Assembly: GCA_963663765.2 (NCBI GenBank) | Contig: CAXXUA010000008.1 | Span: forward strand, 52,320 to 116,319 | Origin: Candidatus Poribacteria bacterium | GTDB lineage: Bacteria > Poribacteria > WGA-4E > WGA-3G | Direction of reading: 5' to 3' | Length of the DNA: 64,000 nt | Shown here: in pieces, positions 29,714 to 39,625 of the stretch | Numbering within the stretch: position 1 is the stretch's first letter | How the letters are laid out: the number at the start of each line of letters is the position of its first letter | The notes under the pieces: model-generated | Told to the model about the DNA's origin: nothing | Seen by the model: the letters and a program-made list of their open reading frames with translations, nothing else | The model's database searches: none | Translations under genes and position numbers: made by a program

Positions 29714-30397
29714 CTAATCTCCTCCACCAAGATACGAACGTTCAATTCCCAATATAATTCGGATAGATTGTGAGATGACTCCTAAACTTACCCCAAGAAT
29801 AATACCGCGTCGCGCTGCGAGGTTCGGGACATCTAAAATCCATTGGCGAATTCCTGATGCACCGTTAGCAGTACTATTTACCCAGCTTTCCGGACTGTCC
29901 GACCCTGGGATCCAAGAAATCAGTTTATTCCAAACCAGATCGCCGACTGGTACATTTCCCATCATGACAAGCATGGCGGCGATAAGAAGCAGCGTTGCTT
30001 CAAATGATCGTGCACGGAATGCACGAAAAGCCGCTGAAGCAATAAAGAAGGCGAGTAAAGAAAACATTGTTGCATCCATTGGTACTTGGACGTTATCATA
30101 TAACCACACAAATACTGAATTTTGCGGTCCATCAGGAACACCAATTAAGACCATCACTATCATGCCCACGAATACAATTAAACTGTATTGCCAATGCTCT
30201 GTACGGAGGCGGATGCGCGTCGCGTGGGTTTGGATGAGTGTCACCACTGCCAAGACCAAAGCGAAAGGCGATATGATGAGTCCCCAATTAATCACCTCTT
30301 TGTAAACTGCTTGTGAATATGAATGTGGGCTAAATTGGGTGAAGATCATTGCTATGCCAAAAAGGAAGCAGAGAGCTAAAGGTATTTGTCGCTTCAT
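29714..30397 (-). CDS. Uncharacterised polytopic membrane protein (gene 2 of DUF6754 cluster)
   Basis: Multiple TM segments. Motifs TMFSLLAFFIASAAFRAFRAR, PNLAARRGI and LGIERSYLG. Confidence 0.8.
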   Translation of the reverse strand: MKRQIPLALCFLFGIAMIFTQFSPHSYSQAVYKEVINWGLIISPFALVLAVVTLIQTHATRIRLRTEHWQYSLIVFVGMIVMVLIGVPDGPQNSVFVWLYDNVQVPMDATMFSLLAFFIASAAFRAFRARSFEATLLLIAAMLVMMGNVPVGDLVWNKLISWIPGSDSPESWVNSTANGASGIRQWILDVPNLAARRGIILGVSLGVISQSIRIILGIERSYLGGGD

Positions 30398-30404
30398 AAA
30401 TCTC

Positions 30405-31553
30405 CTATCTCACATTTTGTAAAAGTGTAGTGATCCAGTTGATACCGAACAACTCAAGAGCGACACCAAGTATAATCGTCACAAAAATGACAACTTTACC
30501 CCAGTCTTGTCCTCTGAGACTTCCAAGAAGCATCGGTTCTCTGGAAAGATACGCACTTGCCGCATAGAGTTCTTCACCAATCAAGGTATAGTCACACGCT
30601 GCGATGAAAAAGGGGAGTTGGTGCTCTGAATCCGTTCCGGCAATTTGTATTGCCCCGATGGAATTACCGGTTTCAGCCATAAGAAGTGATTCTGCAAAAA
30701 ATGTGCCTTGTAGGAAAACTGCTGCCGGTTTTTCGCGAATCATCATACCATCAACACCGGCAGCATAAGCGAATTGATCACCGGTAAGGTAGAAGATGTT
30801 TTCCTCCTGGTAGGCATCTGGACGACCTTCGTCAAGATAAGACGTTTTCACCATCTCACGTACAACGTTCAACACAATTGGGTCATTGCATGGCACGCGT
30901 AGTGGTGTTTCATAGTCAGCAGTTCGTCGTGCAACTTGGCCCAGAATCGTCATACTGGCAATAGTTGCAACGTTGTCTACACTGCCTAATCCTAACACGT
31001 AGAGAATTGAACGTCCCATCTCTGTAGCCCTGCCGATTGCTTCATCAACTGCTTCCAAGCCTGGGATACGTCGGACAAACACCTCTTTTCCACTCCGCGC
31101 ATAATAGACACTGCCTAAAATTGCAGCTGAAAAAAGGAGCATGGCAAGAAATAGAGCAATTTTGCCTGTATGAAACCATTGGTCTGTTGCTTGGACAGCA
31201 GCAGTTTGCGCGGAATCAATGGTTGTTTCGTTTTCATAAATGGCACGAACAATGTACGCATGTTTCGTGTCCTTAATTGCCTTAGTATCCTTATACATTG
31301 TTGCATCTGCGTTTAACTGCGGACTTAATACACTAAATTCACCTTCATTAGTGTTTCGTAGGATGATGTATCCTATAATATCGCTATCTTCAGGTGTCTT
31401 TCCCCATGTGATGGTGATGCTGGTAGCGTCGCTCGGTGTATCCTTTGCATTTACATTTGACAGAGGACTAGGTTCTTGGCTAAACGCGAAGGTGCCACAT
31501 AAAAATGAAACCAAACAAGTGAGCACCCATAAAATTGTTTTATTATGTTTCAT
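30405..31553 (-). CDS. Fibronectin-III + DUF6754 domain membrane protein (gene 1 of cluster)
   Basis: Signal peptide, FN3 (ITITW..GY.I.R..Y.VRA) and a TM helix, then RRIPGLEAVDEAIGRATEMG...QIAGT...CDYTLIGEELYAASAYLS. Confidence 0.8.
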   Translation of the reverse strand: MKHNKTILWVLTCLVSFLCGTFAFSQEPSPLSNVNAKDTPSDATSITITWGKTPEDSDIIGYIILRNTNEGEFSVLSPQLNADATMYKDTKAIKDTKHAYIVRAIYENETTIDSAQTAAVQATDQWFHTGKIALFLAMLLFSAAILGSVYYARSGKEVFVRRIPGLEAVDEAIGRATEMGRSILYVLGLGSVDNVATIASMTILGQVARRTADYETPLRVPCNDPIVLNVVREMVKTSYLDEGRPDAYQEENIFYLTGDQFAYAAGVDGMMIREKPAAVFLQGTFFAESLLMAETGNSIGAIQIAGTDSEHQLPFFIAACDYTLIGEELYAASAYLSREPMLLGSLRGQDWGKVVIFVTIILGVALELFGINWITTLLQNVR

Positions 31554-31585
31554 ATATTTCCTCTAAAAAGAGTGATCATTTCAGA

Positions 31586-32674
31586 TTAATAACACTGTGA
31601 AATTGCAAGTTTAATATCTTTTTCTGTTACATCGTCTCGGATAACGACTTCACCAATCCGTGTTGGCAATATCAGTCGAAGTTTACCATCGAGAGCTTTT
31701 TTATCAAGTGACATTGCAGCATATATTTCTTGAGGTGTGATGTCTGATGGAAAAGTGAGCGGTAGATGTGCTTGATTTAATAGAGTTCTTTGACGTTCAA
31801 AGTCTGTTTCAGAGAACATTCCTAAATTGACTGCTAATTGTGCTGCGCAGTTCATGCCAATTGATACCGCTTCCCCGTGTCTGTATTTTTTGTAATGTGT
31901 TAGTGCTTCAAGCGCGTGACCAAATGTGTGTCCATAGTTTAGCACCATCCTCAAACCGCTCTCTTTTTCATCTTTTGCTACGATATCTGCTTTATTAGCA
32001 CATGCACGCGCAATCATCTCAATTAATGTGGATGTATGCAAATTTATGATTGACTCTAATTCCTCTTCTACCATTTCAAACAAAGTTTTATCACGGATAA
32101 CACCCATCTTTATGACTTCTATGAGACCTGCTTGAATGTCCCGTCTTGGTAAAGTCTTTAGGGTATCCACATCAATCAAAACCAATTTCGGTTGATGGAA
32201 TGCGCCGATAAGGTTTTTACCTTTCGGATGATTGATTGCTGTTTTCCCACCTACACTTGCGTCAACCTGTGCTTGCAAGGTCGTAGGAATTTGTACGTAA
32301 GAGATTCCCCTCATATATACGGCTGCAGCAAAACCCCCTAAATCACCAACTACACCACCACCGATTGCGATTAACGTTGAACTTCTGTCAAGTTGATGCG
32401 TAATAAGACTATCCAAAATCCTTCCTAACTGTTCTAACGATTTGCTCTTTTCACCGACTGGTACTTCAATGAGATCAACATCAAACCCAACATTTATTAG
32501 ACACTCTGTCACATAAGAAGCATATTGATCTTTTACGTAAGCATCAGTAATGATCAATACTTTTCTTGATTTAATGTGTGACTTAAGAATGTCACCGATT
32601 TGCTTGAGAATTCCTACTCCGACGAGGAGTGGATAACTGTTCTCTTTGAGTTCGACGTGTAGAGTTTTTATCAT
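31586..32674 (-). CDS. aroB: 3-dehydroquinate synthase
   Basis: Motifs GGGVVGD, PTTL.AQVDASVGGK, LNYGHTFGHA and HGEAV. Confidence 0.97.
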   Translation of the reverse strand: MIKTLHVELKENSYPLLVGVGILKQIGDILKSHIKSRKVLIITDAYVKDQYASYVTECLINVGFDVDLIEVPVGEKSKSLEQLGRILDSLITHQLDRSSTLIAIGGGVVGDLGGFAAAVYMRGISYVQIPTTLQAQVDASVGGKTAINHPKGKNLIGAFHQPKLVLIDVDTLKTLPRRDIQAGLIEVIKMGVIRDKTLFEMVEEELESIINLHTSTLIEMIARACANKADIVAKDEKESGLRMVLNYGHTFGHALEALTHYKKYRHGEAVSIGMNCAAQLAVNLGMFSETDFERQRTLLNQAHLPLTFPSDITPQEIYAAMSLDKKALDGKLRLILPTRIGEVVIRDDVTEKDIKLAISQCY

Positions 32675-33248
32675 AACGATTTGTCTTATATCTTGGTTTT
32701 GTGGAATATCTTGTCCTGAGAAAGATCCTTCTTATATCAGCGATAACTTCATCAAAGGTTCTTTCGGTAGTTTCAATGATATGGTCTGCATGTGCATAAT
32801 AAGGAGCGCGTTCCGCTAACATTGTTCGTATTGTTTCCAATGCATCAGGGGTTTGGAGCAAGGGACGGTGTGTTTGATGACCAACACGTTTGTATATTTC
32901 TTCAGGTGACGCAGTTAGACAGAAGACAATGCTATTCTCTTTTAACTTTGATACGTTCGATTCTTTCAAGACTACGCCACCACCGGTAGAAATAACAAAG
33001 TTATATAGTTGTGAAACTTTTTCAACTGCTTCACTTTCAAGTTTTCGAAAACCTGCTTCTCCATCCTCTGCGAAAATATCACTGATACGACGCCGACTGT
33101 CCCGTTCAATGACATTATCGGTATCAATGTAACGCATACGCATTTGTGCAGCAAGTCTTTTGCCAATTGAAGTCTTACCAGTACCCATAAAACCTACGAG
33201 CACGATATTAGGGTTTCTATTGGGTGTTTGGCTAAATTGTCTTCGCAT
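32592..33248 (-). CDS. aroK: Shikimate kinase (with long basic C-tail overlapping aroB)
   Basis: Motifs GFMGTGKT, GEAGFR, STGGG and RPLL. Confidence 0.93.
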   Translation of the reverse strand: MRRQFSQTPNRNPNIVLVGFMGTGKTSIGKRLAAQMRMRYIDTDNVIERDSRRRISDIFAEDGEAGFRKLESEAVEKVSQLYNFVISTGGGVVLKESNVSKLKENSIVFCLTASPEEIYKRVGHQTHRPLLQTPDALETIRTMLAERAPYYAHADHIIETTERTFDEVIADIRRIFLRTRYSTKPRYKTNRYDKNSTRRTQREQLSTPRRSRNSQANR

Positions 33249-33362
33249 TAGAACGAGTTTCTTTTATTCTGGGGTATCAGTATTATGAATATAAATTTCA
33301 ATTATAACATTTTTGTAGAATAATGTAAAGAAAAGAAATTCCCAGTATCCCAGTTTTAAAGC

Positions 33363-34354
33363 GGGTGTGTAAAAGTTTTGCACAAACTACTCATTCTTCA
33401 TTGTAGGGCGGGGCTCTGTGCCCGCCCCAACTGATTATATGAGAGATTGCGGGGCACAGAGCCCTAATGAGTTTTGACGTTCAAGTTGTGTATTCGTAGG
33501 GACGTGGTTTCCACACATGATCTACGCAAACTCAAAAACCAAACGGGTTGGGGAACCCAACCCCTACGAATTCAACTGCCGATTTTGATTGTCAAACTTC
33601 ATTAGGTGTCAATATAAAGAAATATTGTTAATATTAACTATATTCTTCAGTCCCGTAGGGGGGATATGTTTATAGAAATACATATCCCCATGTCTTTTTA
33701 GTCCCGTAGGGACGATATGTTTATTCTTCTATGTCGTTCCTACGGAACTAAAGAGAGGGGATGTGATAACGTCTTTCTATAAACATTGCGTCCCTACGGG
33801 ACTAAAGAGAACAAAAGTTTGTACCTCTGTGCAAAATCTTTACACACCCAATTCCCAGATCTGGATTGGGTGTGTAAAATATTTGCACAAACTACTCATT
33901 CTTCATTGTAGGACGGGGCTCTGTGCCCGCCCCAACTGATTATATGAGAGATTGCGGGGCACAGAGCCCTAATGAGTTTTGACGTTCAAGTTGTGTATTC
34001 GTAGGGACGTGGTTTCCACTCATGATCTACGCAAACTCAAAAACCAAACGGGTTGGGGAACCCAACCCCTACGAATTCAACTGCCGATTTTGATTGTCAA
34101 ACTTCATTAGGTGTCAATATAAAGAAATATTGTTAATATTAACCATATTCTTCAGTCCCGTAGGGACGATATGTTTATAGAAATACATATCCCCATGTCT
34201 TTTTAGTCCCGTAGGGACGATATGTTTATTCTTCTATGTCGTTCCTACGGAACTAAAGAGAGGGGATGTGATAACGTCTTTCTATAAACATTGCGTCCCT
34301 ACGGGACTAAAGAGAACAAAAGTTTGTACCTCTGTGCAAAATCTTTACACACCC
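33363..34354. mobile_element. Tandem ~487-bp GGGTGTGTAAA-ended composite MITEs (33363..33849 and 33868..34354)
   Basis: Terminal repeats GGGTGTGTAAA/TTTACACACCC. The two copies are near-identical, each with REP hairpins and a nested CTAATGA...TCATTAG element. Confidence 0.88.
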
Positions 34355-34412
34355 TTTTAAATCTGGATTTGTAACACTTGACACCATTATTGTCTTATGT
34401 TAAAATGTATAT

Positions 34413-34943
34413 ATGATGAAATTAAAAGTTTGTTTAATCTTATGCTTTCTGTTCATATATGGAACAAGTAATGGAAATGACGATCCTCCGAAAGTTGGTG
34501 ATGACGCACCCCTTTGGACACTGCAAGATGCTAAGGAAAAAGAGCATAGTCTAAAGAAGTTGAACGGAAAAATGGTCTTTCTTATAATGGGTAATCGGAA
34601 AATTCGTAAAGAAGATGACAAATGGGCAGAAGCGTTTCAAAAAGATTATAAGAACAACAAACTTGTTACGGCTTATATAATAGGCGATTTGCGGAGTGTA
34701 CCAGGATTCATTCCAAAACGTTTCGTGAGATTCCAACTCAATAGAAATCCCCCACCAGTCAAATTCCTGCTTGATTGGAAGGGGGAGGTACATAAAAAGT
34801 ATCACACAGAGAAAAAGAAACCAAATCTATTTTTAATTTCATCCAAAGGAAAAATTGTCTACCATCGTAAGATTGATTTTAAACCAGAATTTTATACAGA
34901 TCTCAAAAAACAAATTGAAACTCAATTAAAGAATATGCCTTAA
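34413..34943 (+). CDS. Exported redoxin-fold protein lacking CxxC
   Basis: Signal peptide, KVGDDAPLWTLQD, LLDWKG and PNLFLISSKGKI. No Cys in the mature part. Confidence 0.7.
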   Translation: MMKLKVCLILCFLFIYGTSNGNDDPPKVGDDAPLWTLQDAKEKEHSLKKLNGKMVFLIMGNRKIRKEDDKWAEAFQKDYKNNKLVTAYIIGDLRSVPGFIPKRFVRFQLNRNPPPVKFLLDWKGEVHKKYHTEKKKPNLFLISSKGKIVYHRKIDFKPEFYTDLKKQIETQLKNMP

Positions 34944-34997
34944 GCAAAAGATGTGTAAATGTTGATTTTTGTTTAGAAGATGTAGAGGAGAAAAAAA

Positions 34998-35852
34998 ATG
35001 AATTTCAATGCGGAGGTACAAAGATATTTTACTTTTCCAATGAGACTCATTGGAATTGGATCGTTGGTTGGTGTATTTGGTTGTTTAGGATTAGCACAGA
35101 CAGCAGAAAGTATACTTTTATTCATTTTTTCAATGTCTCTATCATTTTTAGGGACAATTGTGACTTTGTGTGGTCTTATGGTTTTAGAAGAAAACCCACC
35201 CAGTCAGAAAAAATTTCGTAAATTGAAATCTGAGACTATCAAGACTATAAAGATCCAATATCCAAATTACATTATGAAGTTAGAAACATTGAAACAAGAT
35301 TATCAGAAACTATACGGAAAACTCAGTGATACTCGTGAGTATTATGATATTTCTCGTAAGGAATTAAGAAATCTGCGGTTAGAGTTAAAGAAAATACAGA
35401 AAGAACTTCATGACAAGTCAAATATCACATCACAAATAATTGACAACGTCGCTCCCAATGGGATTGCTGAAAAGATTATCTGGTCTGAAAAGCAAGTTAA
35501 ACTCACTGAATTTAGTGAACAGTTAGACGCACTTTCACAGGTATTTACATTTTCACATTTAGAACAGTATCGGAATAAACTATCACAGTTTGACAGCAGC
35601 CTAAAGCGATTAGATCATGGAATTAGATACTACCGTGAATTGTTGATACATTGTAATGATAATGATGATTCAAAATATGACACTGTTTTCGATATAAAAC
35701 AGAAGGTTGATACTTATGAAAAATTGATGATTCGTGAAGAAAAGCAAATGGAAGAACTTTTGGTATCTATGGAAAATAAAAGAGATGAAGCGAAGAATGA
35801 ACTAACATTTTTTATGTCACAACTTGACCGATTTAATGAAGGATATTATTAA
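34998..35852 (+). CDS. Hypothetical membrane-anchored coiled-coil protein
   Basis: Two N-terminal TM helices followed by a heptad-rich charged region. RBS GAGGAG. Confidence 0.7.
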   Translation: MNFNAEVQRYFTFPMRLIGIGSLVGVFGCLGLAQTAESILLFIFSMSLSFLGTIVTLCGLMVLEENPPSQKKFRKLKSETIKTIKIQYPNYIMKLETLKQDYQKLYGKLSDTREYYDISRKELRNLRLELKKIQKELHDKSNITSQIIDNVAPNGIAEKIIWSEKQVKLTEFSEQLDALSQVFTFSHLEQYRNKLSQFDSSLKRLDHGIRYYRELLIHCNDNDDSKYDTVFDIKQKVDTYEKLMIREEKQMEELLVSMENKRDEAKNELTFFMSQLDRFNEGYY

Positions 35853-35873
35853 TATTTTCAAAGTTATTGGTTA

Positions 35874-36134
35874 CAGGACTTACGCAGTTTTCATGATTTG
35901 ATGAAAATTATGACGAAAATGGTGTAATTTTCAGCATTTTTTCGGTTTCCAGCGCCAAATCAAGAAATCAACGGTATGAATGCCTTTTGGCATTCGCTGG
36001 GTATGAATGCCTTTTGGCATTCCCCGCCTACAAAGCGCCAAATCAAGTAATCAACGGTATGAATACCTTATGGTATTCCCGGGGTATGAATGCCTTTTGG
36101 CATTCCCCGCCTTCCGTTGGGTGCGTAAGTCCTG
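35874..36134. mobile_element. CAGGACTTACGCA-ended MITE with four micro-element hairpins
   Basis: Perfect terminal repeats CAGGACTTACGCA/TGCGTAAGTCCTG and 5-bp duplication GGTTA. Confidence 0.88.
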
Positions 36135-36192
36135 GGTTATTGTCCACCAATAAGTCTTCATGAGGTTACCTATAAGATATAAAAGGAATTGT

Positions 36193-37164
36193 ATGAAGTA
36201 TCTTGTCACAGGTTGTGCTGGATTTATTGGATGGAAAGTCAGCGAATTTCTGTTGATGGACGGACATACTGTGATCGGTGTTGATAACCTCAACGATGCT
36301 TATGATGTTACAATCAAGAAATGGCGGCTTTCTCATCTTCAGACAATACCAGATTTTCATTTTCACTGTATAGATATTTGTAATTACTCAGATTTGGAAG
36401 CAGTTTTTGATATAACCTATGATGCAGTGATTAACCTTGCTGCGCGTGCGGGTGTACGCCAATCGGTTAAAACACCGTGGGTTTACATTGATACAAACAT
36501 CACAGGAACTCTAAATCTACTTGAACTTTGTCGAGTATCTGAAATAAACAAGTTTGTTTTAGCGTCTACGTCAAGCCTTTACGGTTCAAAGAATCCCCTT
36601 CCATTTAGCGAAGAAGCTGATACAAATCATCCTTTGTCCCCTTATGCAGCATCCAAAAAAGGTGCAGAAGCCATTTGCCATAGTTTTCACCATCTGTATG
36701 ATATTGATATGACTATATGTCGTTTCTTTACAGTCTATGGACCGGCAGGACGTCCGGATATGAGTGCGTTCCGTTTTGTCCAATGGATAAGTGAAGGGAA
36801 GCCTGTTATCGTATATGGTGATGGAAGACAATCCTCACGCGATTATACTTATGTTGACGATATTGCCAAAGGTGTTATAGCAGGATTGAGACCCCTCGGT
36901 TATGAGGTGATCAATCTCGGATCTGACAGTCCAATTGTCCTAATTGAAACGATTCGAACTATAGAAGAACTGGTAGGTAAGAAAGCTAAACTCACTCATC
37001 AACCTGTACATCCAGCAGATGTAAATGCTACTTGGGCAAACATTCAAAAAGCTAAGCAACTGTTAGAATGGAGTCCTGAAACTACATATCGCCAAGGAAT
37101 TACCAACCTTGTAAAATGGTACCAAAGGCATCGTGATTGGTTAAAGGATATTTCAACAGGTTAA
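36193..37164 (+). CDS. NAD-dependent epimerase/dehydratase (UDP-glucuronate 4-epimerase-like)
   Basis: Motifs TGCAGFIG, LAARAGVR, YAASK and RFFTVYGPAGRPDM. Start at ATG 36193. Confidence 0.9.
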   Translation: MKYLVTGCAGFIGWKVSEFLLMDGHTVIGVDNLNDAYDVTIKKWRLSHLQTIPDFHFHCIDICNYSDLEAVFDITYDAVINLAARAGVRQSVKTPWVYIDTNITGTLNLLELCRVSEINKFVLASTSSLYGSKNPLPFSEEADTNHPLSPYAASKKGAEAICHSFHHLYDIDMTICRFFTVYGPAGRPDMSAFRFVQWISEGKPVIVYGDGRQSSRDYTYVDDIAKGVIAGLRPLGYEVINLGSDSPIVLIETIRTIEELVGKKAKLTHQPVHPADVNATWANIQKAKQLLEWSPETTYRQGITNLVKWYQRHRDWLKDISTG

Positions 37165-37703
37165 GCAGCAGACAAAATATTCACAGCTTTTTCTAATGCT
37201 TTTTCATCCACTTTCATTTTTGCATTAGCAACTTCACGTTTAACATAGGTTAACGTGTGGGTTGGAGTCATTGGAGTTGCTATGTCCTGAATTATCTTGT
37301 GAAGACGTTTTACATCCGTTTTCTTAATCCCAGTCTGCTCTTCAACACGAGTATGCAAATCAGTTGTTGATTCAGGTTCCTTGACCTTCTGAGCAGGTTT
37401 TGTTTTTGTTGTCCTTACAGTAGTTGTGCGTCTTCTTGTTTTCGTTTTCTGAATTTTACCAGCATCCAAGGCTTTTATCCCACACTGTTTACACAACTTT
37501 GCTGTTACATCAACCAATGTCATCTTTACAATCATTTCACTAATCGCGCCACAGAGTTCACATTCTGTAAGGTCCTCAATACTAGCAAGAATATCTGCTT
37601 GGAGTCCCATCATTTTTTGCTTATCAGTCTTTGTTGGTTTCTCTTTTTGACAAAGTGCGATTAACTTCTCAGCACTTTTTTCAATCTGATCTAATTGTCC
37701 CAT
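37161..37703 (-). CDS. Hypothetical basic protein with CxxC...CxxC zinc-binding motif
   Basis: CELC-x17-CKQC and a Lys/Thr-rich linker. Start at ATG 37703 with RBS GGAGG. Confidence 0.7.
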   Translation of the reverse strand: MGQLDQIEKSAEKLIALCQKEKPTKTDKQKMMGLQADILASIEDLTECELCGAISEMIVKMTLVDVTAKLCKQCGIKALDAGKIQKTKTRRRTTTVRTTKTKPAQKVKEPESTTDLHTRVEEQTGIKKTDVKRLHKIIQDIATPMTPTHTLTYVKREVANAKMKVDEKALEKAVNILSAA

Positions 37704-37858
37704 CTTAACACCTCCAATATATGTTATAATTAGTATAACATATATGAAATACTGCGTCAAGAATTAATTATGCAAAATTGGATTTTAATTTTTTTCAGAT
37801 TGTGCGTATAAGCGGCAGGAATTGAAGTTTCAAAAAGCGAAGAATTAACTGGTTAGAT

Positions 37859-39430
37859 TTATTTGATGTAGTCCTTGTCTTTATACAGTTTGTATTCAAA
37901 ACTATCTATGAGGGCATCGCAGCTTGCAGATATAATATTTTCAGAGACACCGACTGTTCTCCAACTTATCTGTCCATCTCCTGCTTCAATAAGTACTCTG
38001 ACTTTAGAACCGGTGCCTGCTTTCGTGTCTAACACCCGAACTTTGTAATCCATCAATCTGACTTTCTGTAGTTCAGGATAGTAAAGTTCAAGTGCTTTTC
38101 TGAGTGCGGTATCTAAAGCGTTGACAGGACCATCACCATCTGCAGCGGTATGTATAGCTTCTCCATTTGGTGTTGTTACTTTCACAGTTGCTTCAGACCG
38201 CATCGTGTGGTCTGAAAACTTCTCAATAATGACACGAAAACCGAGATGTTCAAAAAAGGAGTCATACCCATTGAAAACTTTGTGAGTCAATAATTCAAAA
38301 GAAGCTTCTGCAGCTTCATACTGATATCCCAAATTTTCTAACTCCTTTAGTCTGTTGAAAAGTTCTAAAACTTGAGGAGAATTCTTATCGTAATTGGGGT
38401 ATTCTTTCTCGATTTTTTTCATGATAGTGCTGCGGCCCGCCTGATCAGAAACGAGGATGCGCTGGGTGTTTCCAACCTTTTCAGGCACAATGTGTTCATA
38501 GGTGAGTCGGTTCTTACGTATTGCGTCCGTGTGTAGACCTCCTTTATGTGCAAAAGCGGATTGTCCAACGTAGGGTTGACGTTCGTCGTGCGGTAGGTTT
38601 GCCAGTTCACTGATGAGACGAGATACACTTGTCAATGCTTGCAATTGGTTTTCACTTAGACATTCAATACCTAATTTAAGTTGAACGGTTGGGATAATCG
38701 ACGCAAGATTAGCATTTCCACACCTCTCACCGTATCCGTTGAAGGTACCCTGAATGTGATTCGCTCCAGCTTGAACTGCTAAAACAGAATTCGCTGCACC
38801 CATTCCAGCATCATTGTGTGCATGAATACCGATTGGTAATGAAAGCGCAGAAATTGAGGCTTTTACACCCTCCTGAATCTCTAAAGGCAATCTTCCGCCA
38901 TTGGTATCACATAAAACTATACAATTTGCACCACCTGATGCAGCGGCATGTAGTGTCTCTATAGCATAAACAGGGTCATCCTTATACCCATCAAAGAAGT
39001 GTTCCGCATCGTAAATGACTTCACGTCCATTTTCCACAAGATACCGTACGGAACTCTCAATTAGTTCTAAGTTTTCTTCAGCTGAAACGCGCAATACTTC
39101 AGTTGCATGAAGCTGCCAGCTTTTACCGAAAATAGTAACGATTCTTGTGCCTGTATCAAGTAGTGCAGCAAGGTTGGGATCGTTCTCTGCTGTATATGTA
39201 GGATAACGAGTACTACCGAATGGAACAACTATTGCTGTTTTTAATGTTAGGTCTTTTGCGCGTTTAAAAAACTCAATATCTTTAGGATTTGAACCAGGGT
39301 AACCACCCTCAATGTAATGAATTCCCAATTTATCAAGTGCATCAATAATGATGAGTTTATCTTCAACAGAGAATGAAACACCCTCGGCTTGACTTCCATC
39401 CCTGAGCGTTGTATCGTAAAATTCAACCAT
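37859..39430 (-). CDS. cimA: Citramalate synthase (alpha-isopropylmalate synthase family)
   Basis: DTTLRDGSQAEG, IEGGYPGSNPKD, DAEHFFDG, AFAHKGGLH and a regulatory tail GDGPVNALD. Confidence 0.9.
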   Translation of the reverse strand: MVEFYDTTLRDGSQAEGVSFSVEDKLIIIDALDKLGIHYIEGGYPGSNPKDIEFFKRAKDLTLKTAIVVPFGSTRYPTYTAENDPNLAALLDTGTRIVTIFGKSWQLHATEVLRVSAEENLELIESSVRYLVENGREVIYDAEHFFDGYKDDPVYAIETLHAAASGGANCIVLCDTNGGRLPLEIQEGVKASISALSLPIGIHAHNDAGMGAANSVLAVQAGANHIQGTFNGYGERCGNANLASIIPTVQLKLGIECLSENQLQALTSVSRLISELANLPHDERQPYVGQSAFAHKGGLHTDAIRKNRLTYEHIVPEKVGNTQRILVSDQAGRSTIMKKIEKEYPNYDKNSPQVLELFNRLKELENLGYQYEAAEASFELLTHKVFNGYDSFFEHLGFRVIIEKFSDHTMRSEATVKVTTPNGEAIHTAADGDGPVNALDTALRKALELYYPELQKVRLMDYKVRVLDTKAGTGSKVRVLIEAGDGQISWRTVGVSENIISASCDALIDSFEYKLYKDKDYIK

Positions 39431-39625
39431 GTTTTGTCTCTTAAAGCAAATTTTGTCTATACCTTCTATATGTTGAAATCTTCTTAATAGCGAAGCCCCA
39501 TTAGACTAACAGAAATTCTATCATATAACAGGTCAAAAGTCAAAAATATTATCTATGTAGGTCTATAAAGTTTTTTTCGGACAGAAACGTGAATTTCGTG
39601 GATTAGTGATTCAGACCGGTTCTGA

